Positions 12,685 to 27,079 of a DNA stretch of 64,000 bases are shown piece after piece. Under the pieces are notes generated by a model. That model was given only the letters and a program-made list of their open reading frames with translations, was not told the origin of the DNA and ran no database searches. The stretch lies in the NCBI GenBank assembly GCA_964270895.1, contig OZ185436.1, one strand, 5' to 3'. Origin of the DNA: Podarcis filfolensis. Lineage: Eukaryota. Numbering within the stretch: the first letter of the stretch is position 1; each line of letters opens with the position of its first letter. The position numbers and the translations under genes are program-made.

Positions 12685-15600
12685 AGACTCACTTCTTAAT
12701 CTTTTACCATCTATTTGCATGATGGCTTTACGCCAGTTGCAACCTGATCACCTTGAATCAGGTGACAACTCACTAGTGGGTCCTGACAGTGGTCTAATAA
12801 ATAGGGCGTTTCCTTTTTCCTTCTACTCTTTCCCATGCAAACACATCCGCCTCCAGTGCAAGCAGAGTTGTATCCCAACACTCCCAACAGGTGGTAAAAA
12901 GGTGGAATTCCCCCCAGTCTTTCAATGAATAATTATAAGAAGGGTGATACTGTTGCATGTTAGTAAAAAAACAGAATCAGGAAATGGAAGTCATCCCAGA
13001 TTAATTAATACACAGTAACAGATTGATTTTATGAATCTGCCAAGAGTCAGATTGTAGCATCCTGCTAAATTGGTACCGTTGAAACTCAGTTTGAGATTAA
13101 AGTAAATTTTAGTACACAGATAATGTTTTTAAACAGATTTCAGAAATAGGAGATAATGAAATGTGTCACAACTGTTATACACCTCTTTAAACATTTTGTT
13201 GATGCTTATATGAATTTGAGGACAAAAAAATGATTTCCCCCCTAAAACATAATAAACATAATATTTTGTTATTTATTTTTCTTATTTATGCTAATAAACA
13301 TTAAGAAACATCTATTCTCTGTATTTAATGCAACCAAATATACAGGCTTAGATACAAAGCATTGCTGTCTAACACTGATATTAGGGAGAAGAACCCAAGT
13401 AATTCAATAACTTTTCTTTAATTCTCAGTTTGGGGGTGCAACTTCTGGGACACAATTAATAATAATAATAAAGTTGCTCCCCAGCCAAAATGAATTATTG
13501 TGCTACAAAATGGCTGCTATGAGGGGGGTGGCATAATATAAAATGGCTACTGCATCTAAAAGAGCAGGAAAAAAAGACAGAACCACAAAATGGTGCTGTG
13601 TGCCACCCCCAAAACCCCGTAATCAGCTGCCCCATCAATTGGGGGAAAGGTATTTGCATCCAATGCGGACACACTCACAAGGAGAAGATCTTTGTACCTC
13701 TCTTCTGATCAGAACAGTGAAAGTAGCAGATATCCAATTCTGGCATCTAGCAAAATGTGGGCTTGTCTAAATGGGCATGCTCAGTGTTGGGGAGCCTGAG
13801 TCAGTGCAAACAGGACCTGAACTGGAACAGCAAACAGTCTCTCATCTATTGTATCAATGGAGCTGACTTCCAGGTTAGTGAGCATAGCAATGCAGTCTTG
13901 TCATACAAAGGTGTAAGAACAATACTTGCCTGCAAAGACATCATATGGGAAATCGACGCTCACTGCATGCCTACACAAACAGTAATGCCATTACTGGATG
14001 TGCCCCTAGCAACTCAAAAACAAGGCTTCTAAATTCTACATTTATTCATTAGCAACTTAAACAATGTGGATTTGCTATTGATTGGTTAATTGACAGTTTA
14101 CAAACTCAAGGTACAATCCTAAAGTAAAGGCCTGCCTTCTTCCAAGCATTTATCTGCTCAAACTCACTCCTTTGGTTTTTATTTAAAGGGGAAATATACA
14201 TGCATTGAATGTCACAATTCATTTGGGCCTTAGACTTGTTTGCTACAGTGCCTCCTGTTCATAATTAGTATCCACAAGGTTCTCAAAAGCTCTTCACCCA
14301 CATAGGTCCAAGTATCTGTGAAGTGCAGAAATCACTCCCATTCCAAATGCATGGCTCCCCTGGAATTCTGAATCACGGCTTAAAGACCTCATTGATGCCA
14401 GTTTAAATAAATGCCACAGGGCAGGTCCTCTTCTTCCTAGGTTCCGTTCATAAAAGGCCAATTTATTCTACAAAACCTACAGCTGATTAAAAGAAGTGAA
14501 ACATGCTATGCCAAAGCCAGCCTTGCCACACTGTTCCATCCAATGCAGTCCATGAAATCTCATCCAAGTTACCTTTGCAACACTAGCTGTGTGGGCTCCA
14601 TGTCTGTGCACAGGATCAGGAGCCAGAACCTTCCCACTTCTGATGCCAGCTCCGATTCCATTGCTGTGTGACTTCACTCTGCTCTTACTTAGTTTCTCCA
14701 TTTGTACCCCCACCCCAATTATCATGAGGCCAAGATGCTTTTTAATGAACAGCGCTCTGGAAGTGTGACTATTACTATTTTCCACAGGCAATTCCAGCTA
14801 TGGTCAACTTGGCTGGCTGCAACACAGGATTATTTGGGGGAGCTTTACAAATATACAGTACAGAGTATGTCTGTATTTTCCCATTGGGTTTTTTGTTTTG
14901 TTTTTACCGTATATGAAAATTTCACTGGCATTTCTCTTTAAATGACGGCTATTTAGATTTAATTAACTTTAATAAGAAACAAAGACTCTTTATGCTAAAC
15001 AGAGCCAGGTGTTTTAACTCAGGCCTGGGAGAGGGGGCTGTGCCCACCCACCATGAAAATGCAGCAAATTATCATCTTCACACCTTTCAGACAGGGATAG
15101 CACTCACTTACCCTTACCTCTCTCCCTTGTGAGCTATTCTCATCTGCATTTCATGTCGTATCAGCAGCAAATATCTGAATATAACCCAGAATCTGTCTTC
15201 TCATTTCCTGTTTTACACACTACATAACACTACGATATTTTGATCCTCCTCCACACAGATAGATAGATGATGAGAGATAGAGATAGATATAGATATGATG
15301 AAGATCTACTAGTTTGAATCACTGAAGTTGCATCACAATATGCTGACCAGGATTTAGTGGGTGATCTTTTATAGATCTATTAAACTGGAATATTTATATT
15401 AGCAAATGCCCAGCATTATGATGGCTAGAGGGACTGTTTGGCAGCCTGAATCCCCTGTGGGATATTTTTCAGGGGCAACTCAGCCACCCAAGTGTTTGGG
15501 ATATAGGACGGAGTTGTTGTTTTTCCCATCACAGCAGTGACCACTTACTTTTTTCCCATATAAATGAATGGCTGCCATGCACAGCTATTTGGGGGGGGGG

Positions 15601-17679
15601 AGTAAAATGTGGTGCACTTGGGGACACTACTGGAAATTTAATCCGCACCCCATGCGCATGAACTGGTAATCCCATCCACAAAGAACCAAACTTGTTCCTA
15701 TCTGTGCATAGCCTCTGTACCTGCACCGTTCTATATTGTTATGTTTCTTGGTCAGACTATAATGCGATCTAATGCTGGGAATGTGTTTGTGTATATATCC
15801 CAGTGTGCATCACTGTACATTTGTCTTCTGCTGAATTCAGCGCTATTGCAGCTGCTTCATGTGAGTAAGAAGAGAAACTGTGTCACGAAAAATCACACTT
15901 TAAGTTTAAAATCCCATTTATTAATGGGACAGTTGATTAATGAAGTGATTTCATCAATGATTATCAAATACTTTAATAACTGATTCATCAATTGCTATAG
16001 GATGATAAAAAGAATACGCCAGGGTAACAGCTTGCTGACAAACTTGGCTAATAACCATCTGTAACACCGTCTGTTGATGCATTTCTAGCCATTTCTAACC
16101 CATGCATAAACACACCTAGGTGTCATTTATTCAGCTTTTACAAGCGAGACCTTGATATTGACCATTAAGTCAGTAATACATTACTAAGAAAGAAAGTGCA
16201 TTTGTCTTTCATGTCCTCCAACAAGCAAGCTATTGATGTGTTATCCCTAGAACAGTCTCACAGGCCACCTGCCAGCTCCCTCATACACACAGATATGCAT
16301 TAGGCTCCAACTGCAGTATGCGCCCTCAAATATGTGCCACCCCCAAGAAAACCCACAGTACGTCCCTGTATATCACATTCATGGGTGGGGAGGGTATTCA
16401 TGCCCTGCTTACATGCTTCCCATAGGGATCCACTAGCTGTTGTGTCTAGATGGGCCTTAGGTTTGATTCAGCAGGACTTTTTACATTCACACACAAACTC
16501 CAAAACAACACTTGGCCTGGATCAGCCCTAGTGAACTTTGTCCTTCTGCCCTCTGACTGGGAGAGGGGCCATTTGGAAGAGTTTATTTTTTGAAAGGCCA
16601 AAGGTGAACAGCCTCTGTACCGATAAGAGATGCCTTGAAAGCTGGATTGTTTCTGGGTCACACACAATAGGTTGAGAAACAGCAGTGTAGGTCACTGAAC
16701 CTGTAGTATAAACAAGGCCTTCAGAGCCCAGAATGATCATGCAAGATGAACTGGTGCTGGTCAGAGGAGGGCAAAATGAAGCAAATGCTTAGGGGGTTTT
16801 TGGTATCTACCTTCTGGATCCTTGGAGGATACACGCATAATATATACCACATGGCTAATGTGTTTTTCTCCATCTACAAATATTTCCATTTATTGCTGGG
16901 GAAGGGAGGGGAGAGTCCCATTGCTCCAAGCGCCCTTCTTTTATGACAGGACTAGGTAAACCTTGCTTTAACTTGCCCTCTGAAACAGCTCTAGAGACGG
17001 TGGACAATGGAGAATTAGCAGCAAGATCAGTGTTAATCCTCCAAACTCTTCCTAATGCCTAGGCCTGTCCCTGCTGCTGCACATGTTGGAATAGATAATG
17101 CCTGGAGCTCTTCCCCAACAAAGAGACTTCAAGTCGGCAGAAGAGGTAGAAGAAAAAGGCATATTCAGCATGGTTTTAATTAGAACAAAGTTAAGGGATG
17201 GAGGAAGCAAATGAAAGGTGAAGGGGAAAACAAAACTTTTCAATACTCTGTTCAGAGCCTGTCCTAAACTGACCTCTGTGGCCAAGAATATTTTATATTA
17301 TTAGCTCCATTTTTAAAATGTAGTTGCTGATTCAGACAAACCTAGCAACTTCAGGAACATCTGGTTGGATTCATTTCTATTAAAAAAGTAACTGGAGGGT
17401 AAATGCTAAACAAAAAAGCTTGAGCCTTCCGGGACCTACATACAATGGGAATCTGAAAGAGGTAGGCTATGCCAACTTCTATTCAGCCCTATTCACAGAT
17501 ATCAACAGGTGAGGAGCAGCTCAACATCCTGCAGCCAGGAAGAAAAGCACCCTCCTGACCAACACGTCATTCCTCTAAACTGTGCTGGTAATACAGTTTC
17601 CTTTGGAAGAGAAAGCAAAACTACTTGTCCTCCAATTCCTCAGGAGACGGGATGAAAAGGTAGAAAGTTGAGGTAGTGT

Positions 17680-18057
17680 CAGGGGCAGAGGAAGGGGGTG
17701 CAGTGGGGGCAGATCGCTCTGGGTGTCTTCACTGAGGGGGGTGACATTTGGCACATCGTTCACCTGTGACTCCCAAGCCTGTCCCGAGCCATCGGGGGAA
17801 GGGGGGAGCTATGCCACTTTGCTGGCTGCATTCCCCCCTTCCCCCTTTGTTTTGACAACTGGGGGAGGCTTGGGAGTCACGGGCGGGCGGCGCACCAAAT
17901 GTCCGCCATGGGCAGCTTGCTCCGCCCCCGGCTGCAGGGTGCGCGTGCCACTCCATGCACCTGAGCGGCTACCCGCACCTGGGAGGGCACCCTCCACGCC
18001 ACACACCCCTTGGAAGCATGCCCGCCCTGGGCAGCGTGGGCATATGCTCCGCCACTG
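17680..18057. mobile_element. hAT-type MITE with GC-rich interior
   Basis: TIRs CAGGGGCAGAGGA / TGCTCCGCCACTG (10/13). Perfect 8-bp TSD ggtagtgt (17672-17679 and 18058-18065). Confidence 0.88.
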
Positions 18058-18224
18058 GGTAGTGTATACTTTATTTTAACTCCTGCCCCGTCATGTAAAG
18101 GTTGGCTTTTTTGGAGGGAGAGGTTTAAGTAACATACAGTGCCATCAATGGGAAATGATTTTATATGACTCAACAAGCAATTGCCTGTTTTTAGATAATG
18201 TTGATCAGTATGAATACATATATT

Positions 18225-18292
18225 GTTGTTTAGTCGTTTAGTCGTGTCCGACTCTTCGTGACCCCATGGACCAGAGCACGTATATATAATAT
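18225..18292 (-). mobile_element. Bov-B (RTE) 3'-tail micro-insertion
   Basis: gttgtttagtcgtttagtcgtgtccgactcttcgtgaccccatggaccagagcacg. TSD atacatatatt (18214-18224 and 18293-18303). Confidence 0.85.
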
Positions 18293-21200
18293 ATACATAT
18301 ATTACACCAGCCCTAAGACACTTCAGCAGAGCCACCTGAAGACATCTGGAGCTATAAAAACATAGCATGACATTTTTGTTTCCATTGAGCCTCTATGTGT
18401 TGCATCCCACCATCTGTGAAAACCTCATGCACAGTAGTTGCCTTCTTCTTTGGCGGTATTCAGCTTATTTTAATCAAATACGAGTCCACGTTCTATTAAA
18501 AAAGTGTATGCTGCAGTGAATATGAAGCTACAGATCACCCACACTTGTAAACATTACATTAATTCAATGAAATGTGTTTGCCAGTGTATGCACACAAGTT
18601 CTCAGAATTGCATTTACAATGGGGAAAGGAAGATGCCACACTTGCAGGGAAGTACTAGTGAGGCAGTGTGACCTCTTGCTTCCAGCGAAAGCAAGATCTC
18701 ACACAGCTAGGGGCAAGCACACTGCAAAAGCCCATGGCAGAGCACAATTTGCCTCATTAAATTTCATCACATTATGCCAGTTTCATGAATTTAACATTGT
18801 CCCTGGACTATTGTTTGTCTGAAAATTAAATTAAAACAACATTTGTTCTTCCAATGAGTTTGTCAATTATAGAGGCCAGAGGAGGATGGAGGCAAGAAAA
18901 GAAGTAGGGCTGAGTCATCTGTAGCTGTATCTTCTTTGTGGAATATTTTTTTTTTCTTTTTGGCGGGGTGGTGATAGAGAGAGATAGATGTTTCTGGCAC
19001 AGCAATACACACTGCTGATGAGCAATACAATGTCACAAATTGTTAAATTAGGCTGGTGCCATAGTCCTTGTGCTTAATCCAACAGGTACTAGCTCACAGG
19101 ACCAGAATGTTATTATGGTGTTACAGTAAAGGTTTTTTCTATATATATATAAAAAGTGAGAGTACTTATAAATCCGGAGTTGCCTGTATCAGAGGTTTTC
19201 AGTCTGTTTATGCTCAACTACTTGTATTATTGATCAATTAAACTGGCAGGGTGGAAATCTCAAGCCGAATATTGCTAACCATCCACTCTCATTCCTCAAC
19301 TCCTGATCTGAAATGAAATACCTTGTCACATGGTGCTGGTTCCCTTTCCTACTTCCAGCTGCTAAATTACATTAAAAGGATGCTGAAAATAAATTCAATA
19401 GCTTTCCTGTTATTGCTTTTCATGTAGGCAATTGCTGTAGTTGCCACAAGGATGTTTAGCATTAGCAAATGGGTTCTGCAATCACAATGTCTCTGCTAAA
19501 ATATATTCTACGCTATGAAGACATTTTAGGCATCAGCTGTCAAATCCAGCCCTTTAGGCAATCTTGGGTTGTATTGTACCCATTGATAACTCTTCCACTA
19601 TGCCCTGCTGTTTCAGAAATCTTTGTTGTCCGATTATTATCATGCTATGTATCCTCAGATTTGTCCTCCTCAGCTTCCTGGAACAAAGAATGGAAAGAAC
19701 AAACTGGTAGGAAGGTTTGCCATCCTCACTGCTGCTTTTTAAAGTGCACAATGCAAAACCTTTGGGGCTACAATGCAGCTCCTCCTTTTGCTCCATAACT
19801 TGGTGTGGAGGGCACAATGAAAAGCAAAGGAAACTGATCTGCATCAAGATAAACAGGTTTCCGACATTATACAAACCACAATGAGGCAAATAAAATGTTG
19901 GCTGGTGGGAAAAGTAGAAGTTAATGTCTGGAGTTGATCTTAGAACCTTGGGCTCTGTTGCTCGAATGTTCAACACTTATATTCCCACTTCTGATATTCT
20001 GAAAATATTTGTAACCAGACCTACTAACTACATGAGCTGACCAGTGGCATCCATTTCCTTTACCCCATCCAATTCCGGGTCCTCACATTAAGATCAGTCG
20101 ATTGACATCACACCACAATCTGAAGCTGCTCTCTGAAGCCTTCACAGCCAACTGCAAGTGTGTTCCTGATTCCTGACCCACAGCTCTTTCTTCATCCCTC
20201 AAATATTCTTTGATTCCCCTTGAGTAGATTATGCTAATGATGTCAGCTACGCAAGACTTCTCTGATGAGTTCTAGTGGAGGATAAGGCTGAGAAGCTATA
20301 AAACTCATCAATTTTGAAACACCACATTAAACCCCCAATGTTTTTACCATTGTGGCCTAAGATGGGATTAGCACACAGGTCTCCCCATACTGGTTGACTA
20401 GATTCTTTAGCCACTAAACCCAGCTGCATGCCTAAATCCTCACCGTATGCCACCCCCTATCTGGGCTGCCCTTTGATGAACACAGCCTTTGATTGTTTGC
20501 AATAATGTAACACACCCACAGATTACAGCGGTGATCCTGATCTGCCAGTTTGTTTACCTCACACTGTACTGCTTACATCTAATTCAGACACAATCAAGAC
20601 TGTGAGACGTCGCTTTAATCACAGCATCCCATACAAGCTTCCTCTTGCCCTTGGTGGATTTGGGATTAGCTCCTGCCATTGAGGCACATGTTCAAATAAT
20701 CTATTGGGAAATAAATATGGGGTGATTCAGAATGGTCCCCTTACAAAGTGTTGCCACAGATTTGTTTGTTTTCACATTAGCAGCAAGAAACCTGTAACAG
20801 GCCCCTGCCACTCACACATACCCTCACCCTTGAATGAATTCCATCTCAAATTTCATTCTATTCGCTTTTGATCACCAAGGCCTGCCTGAATCGCACCTCC
20901 ATCCTTCTCAGCAGACTTGATTCAATCATGAGGTCACCTGCATTTACTCCTCATTTCAAAAAGAGAACGAGGGGGATAAAGTGGGACTCAGCAGCAGCCT
21001 GTCTGTAGCTTTTGCATGCCTTGGCCAAGCAGGTGGAGTCAAAGTTAAAATTGCAGTGCCCCTACTGGGGGCATGCAGTGTAACTGAATCTTCTGCGACT
21101 ATCAAAAGGCTCCAAGAATTATGGCAGAACCAGCCAGCGCAGTTTGCATCGACAGAAGCAGCCCTTCATTCCCAAAGCCTCCCCATTCCTCCCCCCGTTT

Positions 21201-21709
21201 CACTGCTGCCTGCACCTCCACTTCACTTGTGATTTATGGGAGATTTTCCTCCCAATCTGGAAGTCTCCACAGCTTTAGTCACATGTGCTGGTCGTTACCA
21301 TAGGAACCACAGAGGTCAAGCCACGAAGGAACAGTAAAAGGTGACTTACCCTGTCATCGCACTTGTGTAAGAACACGTATAAGAAGAAATGATGGGAGCT
21401 GTGGAAGCCGTCCTTGCTAACACTCTAACATCCAAGCCAATCTCAGCCATGCTGCATCAGACGAGCCAAGACGAAGAGGCGTGCAGCACTTCTGCTCTGA
21501 CAGGGAACCCACTCGGCCAAGATGTGAATTGCAAGTAACAAGATCTCTTATCCTTAGTTCAGTGTCCAGAGGGAATCGCCAAAGAGTTGACCCCATTAAA
21601 GCCAAAGATTTTCACCCAAATATAGGCAACAAAGCAAGGAAACAGTTACAAAGCCAAAGAGCAACCCAGATCCCGACTGCTTCCCCTTACCTCTTGTTCT
21701 GCAATACTT

Positions 21710-22274
21710 CCTATGGCCTAGGACTGTCATACCTACGGGATTGCCTCTCCTGGTATGCCCCACGGAGGACCTTACGGTCCGCAAATATTAACATCTTGGA
21801 GGTCCCGGGCCTCAAGGAGATTAGACTGGTGTCGACCAGGGCCAAGGTCTTTTCAACTGTGGCCCTGGCTTGGTGGAATGCTCTGTCACAATAGACCAGG
21901 GCCCTGCAGGGTCTGACATCTTTCCTCAGAGCCTGCAAGACGGGGCTGTTCCGCCAGGCCTTTGGCTGGGGTCCAGTCTGATTCTCCCTCTCTAATTATA
22001 AGAACTTGCAAGAAAGTTGCCCCCCAACTTTTCTTACAGGCTCATATAAGATCAATATAAACAGGTGTGGTGAGCATTTAAGGTCCTCATCCCTAATTTT
22101 GCGAGTTGCCATCTGATTAGATTTCACTTTGATTCTGATTTGATTTTAGGATGTATTTTAATTGATTGCTTGATTTTATGGTAATATGTTATATATTTGA
22201 TGTTAGCTGCTCTGAGCCCAGTTTTGGCTGGGGAGGGGGTATAAATAAAATTTATTAGTAGTAGTAGTAGTATT
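21710..22274 (+). mobile_element. L2-clade LINE 3' fragment (same subfamily as 12153..12684)
   Basis: GLGLSYLRDCLSWYAPRRTLRSANINILEVPGLKEIRLVSTRAKVFSTVALAWWNALSQ. Tail gggtataaataaaattt(agt)n. Confidence 0.85.
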
Positions 22275-24852
22275 ACCCCTGTCTTAATATGCACAGCATC
22301 AAAACTCCTGCTAGCTTTTTAAGAATCAACACTCCTTTGAGGAGAAATGACCTTTGCAGCTTCTATAGCCAGGACTGCAGCACCTTTGCTTTTCTCCATA
22401 ACTGACAATGAACCAGGCTGTTATGTCTTTCTTTGATTCTTTGCAAAACTTTGCTGTCCAAAATTTTTAAAAAGCAACTGCTGTCCTTCACCCAAGGAAC
22501 AATCCTCCATAGGTCTATTGACTTGGGATAGGAGAAAGAGTTAACCAGACACATATACATCATTAAAATGTAAAGTCGCCTGCACAGGAAGGGAGATCAG
22601 AATGAGACAGAGAGCAGGCAATATTCCACTAGCACCATTAATCTGTGTTAGCTAGGGACAAAGGCTTGCCTTGGATACCGGAACAGCCTCCTTCCACACC
22701 AGCACAATCTATAGACCCCCCTCTGTCTCTAGAAAAGACACCTCCATTATTCACCTTGTGGTGCTGTCTCACACTCCTCCTCTCCACTCTCCCCCTCCAG
22801 TGGGGGACAATGTGGAAGTAATTGTGCCAACAGAAAGGCTCAAATTAATTAGCGCTCCAGCTTCTAAATGGACACAATGATCCCCGACAGGAGGACCCTC
22901 TCAAGAATTTTAGCCTCCCATCTCATTTCCATCTCAATGGTAAAGCTTTTCATCACTGCCACCCTAACCCCTTTCCCTGCAGGGGTCCCCGGAGCCAGGT
23001 CACTTGCAGAAGATCTACCTCTCCTCTCTTTTTATGCAAAGAAGCTTGGGTCAAAGGCGAGGAATGCTGTCAGGGGAACTGGAGGATGGAGAGAAACCAT
23101 TTGACAGCTTTTTAACTATGGAACAGAGGTTGGTCCCTTAGAAGCACACATGGGCTGTACATAGTACCTTTTATCTTCATTCTCCTTCCACATCTCCTCC
23201 TCCTGAGCTGTGAAAGTATGTCCAAAAACACCCTGGTGCAGAGTGAAACACAACCACAACCAGCAAGCCTGCTGAGGAGGTGGAGGCAAGCATGAAACTT
23301 TATGTGCATCCTGTGTTTAGAAGTGTCATGTTTTGCTGAGACTGGTAACATTGCTATCAGGGCAACTGCGTTTGGTCCTATCTGGCAGACTAAGGACTTG
23401 GAGGTTCGGATATGCCCACATCTTATGGGGCACTAAGACACAATGCAGCAGGAGAACAATTCCTAATAAACAAAGCTTGCCTCTGACTTATAGATCTGCC
23501 TGTGACCAGAAAGAATCAGGCTGTGTCAGGCTTGCACACTTTACCCCAAGCCTCACTATGAAAATATAGAAAGAAAGAGACAAACTCATCCTTGTTTACT
23601 TTTCAGAAAACGACATCAGTCTCTGAGGAGTCGCATCATTCGTTCATGTCAAGCTTGTTGTCTATTATCAGCTCATTATTTCTTTGGCTTTTAGCATTAT
23701 TTAGTCCCCTCCACTCTTTCCAGTCATATTAATGGGAGGGAGAAGCACCCGCAGGCTTTGAATGTTTGAGCTGTCTTGACTACACTGCTGGGATACCCTG
23801 ATAAATGCAACATTTCCTAATTGACACCAGTGCTTAGGTGTCTGTGCAAAGCCTGCTACCCTGAGTTGCCTTTTGCTTCCATCCATCTAATCCAGTAGCA
23901 AGTGCTGGCTGATGAACAGAGGTTATGCACAGCCCCTTATCCAGTCACTGAGGAACAGAAGCCATGGAGATGTGCAAGCTCAGCACTTTCAAGGGACAGG
24001 GGAGTGAGTATGTCAGGGTTTGCTGTTGCCTCTTGTACAGTGCATATAGCTGGCTGGAAGACAGAAGCAGGGGGCTGTTTTCCTCATTTCTTTTATCCTT
24101 CTACACTGTTCCAAATATAGGACAGATTCAACAAAAAGTTATTGCCCATGCATCACAGGTGACCTAAGGAAAGGAAAAGACTATAGTTATGCAGTAGCTC
24201 TGGTACTTGGTCAATGAACATGCACACCAGTCCAAGTCACAAGTGCAAACAGCAATTCCAGAGGTCTGGGGTGGGGTGAGGAGCTGCACATGGTTTGATG
24301 ACACCTGTGTTCTCTTAAGCAGGACCTGATCAATTATGGGATGGAACACACAAGCATTACCCCATGGATAATGTTTCAAGTTCCTTGGAGGGGGGAGGCC
24401 AGGATACATTTATGACAAAATACAGACAATCCTCATTTTGCATGGGTGTTCCGTTCTGGACCACTGCACATGTCAGCGGAGCATGCATAAGCCCACCCAG
24501 TTCGACCTCTTTCCATGAAGGCTTTATGACATTCTGGGGTTACTTCTGGGTTCAGTACCATGCACACGTGCGCAGTCGCACATCGTTTGGATGTGCCAGA
24601 TCAGTCGTTGCTTGTAATCAAAGATGACCACTTTCCATGTAACTTTTCTGCAACATAGATATGCTCTCACACATCAATTCCATGTCTAAATTCTCTTTTG
24701 GGGTGGGCACAAAGATTAAGAATTATCAAACATGAGAAATATGAATGCACAGCAAGGCTATTTCTGAAACCTCAGCATATCTGTGTCTTCATTCCAGGTA
24801 GAAACACAATTAAAATATAATATGATCGTTCTCAATAATATTATGTTTTAAG

Positions 24853-24924
24853 CAGGGAGGTTTTTCTGGGGGTACTCAAGGGTACGCATTACTGGCACCT
24901 TTTCCCCCTAAAAGAAAAGCACTG
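24853..24924. mobile_element. 72-bp hAT-like mini-MITE
   Basis: Imperfect TIRs CAGGGAGGTTTTTCT / AAAGAAAAGCACTG. The TSD is only partial (gttttaag / gttaagac). Confidence 0.5.
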
Positions 24925-25419
24925 GTTAAGACTACTTTAGAAAGAAGTGCCCTGTTAGTTCAACCTAACACAAAACGCAACCCTAAGCTGGAGGGTCAGA
25001 AGAACATCACAGTAAGACATTAGCAATAGAAACCTCTGTCCTGAATTGGCACACACAGCTGCCTCCGGCCAGTTGGCCAGCCTGGAGACTGGGCAGACTT
25101 CACAGGAGAGGAAGAGCCTCCAATCCTGTTTGTAAAGGGGTCTCATTGAGCTCACTTGCGGAAGGGCACTTGGCTGCTGTCAAACCCTCTCCCCCCACCC
25201 CACTCCCACCAGCCCTAAACCTGTCCTTTCTCTCTGAGGCCAATGGTTAATGATAGATTTGTAATTGTTTCCTGCAACAATGGAACATCCTGTTTGGAAC
25301 TGGCCGGCTCCACAAAGCCAGATGCTGACAAAAGAGCACACAAGCTCCCAGCCAGTGGATGCAGGAAAGGATATTTGCCTTCCCCCACATACTGCTCTTA
25401 CTGCGGCCAGACCAAGCTC

Positions 25420-25422
<3 letters not shown>

Positions 25423-25458
<36 letters not shown>
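25423..25458 (+). repeat. (CT)n microsatellite
   Basis: Direct reading. Confidence 0.95.
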
Positions 25459-25460
<2 letters not shown>

Positions 25461-26061
25461 GTCTCCCACTCCCCAACTTAACACAACAGAGCTACCAGCC
25501 TCTACCTTTATTAAAAGGGCTTGCACTTAAAGGGCTCCCAGGAGGTTTGGGGAGTAGCTGAGAAGTATTTGATGGATTCGCTTTGGCAACACTTGGCTAC
25601 CTTGTCATGCCATTAATGTTATTGCTATTGAATGGAGGAAATGAGTAAGAGATACAGAGACGAACAGGCAAACGCATGGGGCCTGAAGATACAGGACACC
25701 CTCGGAGGGAGCAACCTGCGTTCAGAAATAAGAAAACAGGGGTGCCTAGAGGGACTGCAGAGAGAATGGGAGAGCGAGGGGAGGAGAGAAACCCGATAAA
25801 AAGAGACAGAAAGAAGCCCAGGAATGAGAACAAAAGGCCCTTGTGCAGCACAAGACAGCTGGCTTAGCAATCTCCTTGTTTGGTGGGTCCAGCTCTCCTT
25901 TGCTGGCTACAGCGACTAAGCCCTGGGGCTCTAGTGGGAGGCTCTCTCCACATGACAAGCATATGACATTCCAGACTGAGAGCAGGGCAGGTCAGCCCAA
26001 CACCCTGAAGCCAAATGCTCAGCACGGAAGCAGGGATGGGGCCAGCTGTTAACTGGTTCTA

Positions 26062-26146
26062 AATGCATCTGAGGAACCATAGTTCACAAACGCTTACACC
26101 GCAACAAATTTATTAGTCTTTATAAGGTTGCTTTTGCTGCTTTTGC
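26062..26146 (+). mobile_element. Probable Penelope-like element terminal remnant
   Basis: atgcatctgagg...cacaaacgcttacaccgcaacaaatttattagtctttataagg...ttttgctg resembles the reptile PLE terminal motif (acgaaagcttatg...aataaatttgttagtctttaaggtgc), as recalled. Confidence 0.4.
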
Positions 26147-27079
26147 TCCTAAAGCAGTTCCCTAGGATGCAAAAAGAGGAAAGAATCCTATTCCCCAAAA
26201 CGCAACTCCCAAGTGAGAGGGCAGGAACAGCACAGGCAGGTGGGTAAAAGACATCAAGTTCACACAGAGTCTGCTAAAAGGGAGAGTAAGCTCCCCTCTC
26301 CACACTGTGAGGCCAAGGAAAGGAGGCTCAATGTTTATTAAGTAGTTATCCAAAGGCATTACTTAGGAAAATGTTGCAAGAGGAGCAACTCGGCTAGCGT
26401 TTGCAACGGGAAGCCATGGCTGAGATCCAACTCTGCCGCTGTACCGGTTTGTCTCTCAAAATTTCAAGGAAAATGCACTTCTAGTGCATTCTGAGAATAT
26501 TAAGTTGTTTTTAGTACATTTTAAGTCTAGGAATCCGTGTGTGGCTGCAATCATAGTACAATTAATAGAATTTGTTTTTCTTACATAGAATCTAGCAGGA
26601 TTGCTTCACAATCCTGATTATTTCTGCCTCCCTTTAGAAGAAGAGGGGGAGCACCCAGCCCTTACGATTGTGAATTAAAAAAAATAAAAATCTGAACACA
26701 TTATGGCAGTTTCTTGTCATTCCGTCAGAAATTAGAAGCAGGGTTTATAATGGAAAGGGAGTGCATCTTCATGAAGGTGATGGATGGATGGTGAAAGACT
26801 GTGAGAGGCAGGGAAGGGGAGATCTCCCAGGGTGGGAGGGTGGGAGAAGAAAGAGAAGCTCCCAGGTGAGAGCTGGGAGGGTCAAACCACTTCTGCGTGA
26901 AACAAGGTTGAAGATCTACCTTTGAAAGAGGGTTCTGTATTTTCCCCCCTCCCTTTCTCTTTTCCTGTTTTATTTTTATTTAGATAAGTTTGTTTTTTAT
27001 TGTATTGTATGATGTAAAGTTTGAATTAAAAATATGGCAAAAATTGAAAGGGAGTGCAACTTAATCCCACAAAACACTT

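Noticed and set aside
17575-18368. A cluster of ORFs including MNDVPNVTPLSEDTQSDLPP...
   Set aside because: The cluster spans a TSD-bounded MITE and a Bov-B tail and has no protein-family signature.
24403-24640. Possible decayed Tc1/mariner MITE
   Set aside because: The termini are too degenerate to define.
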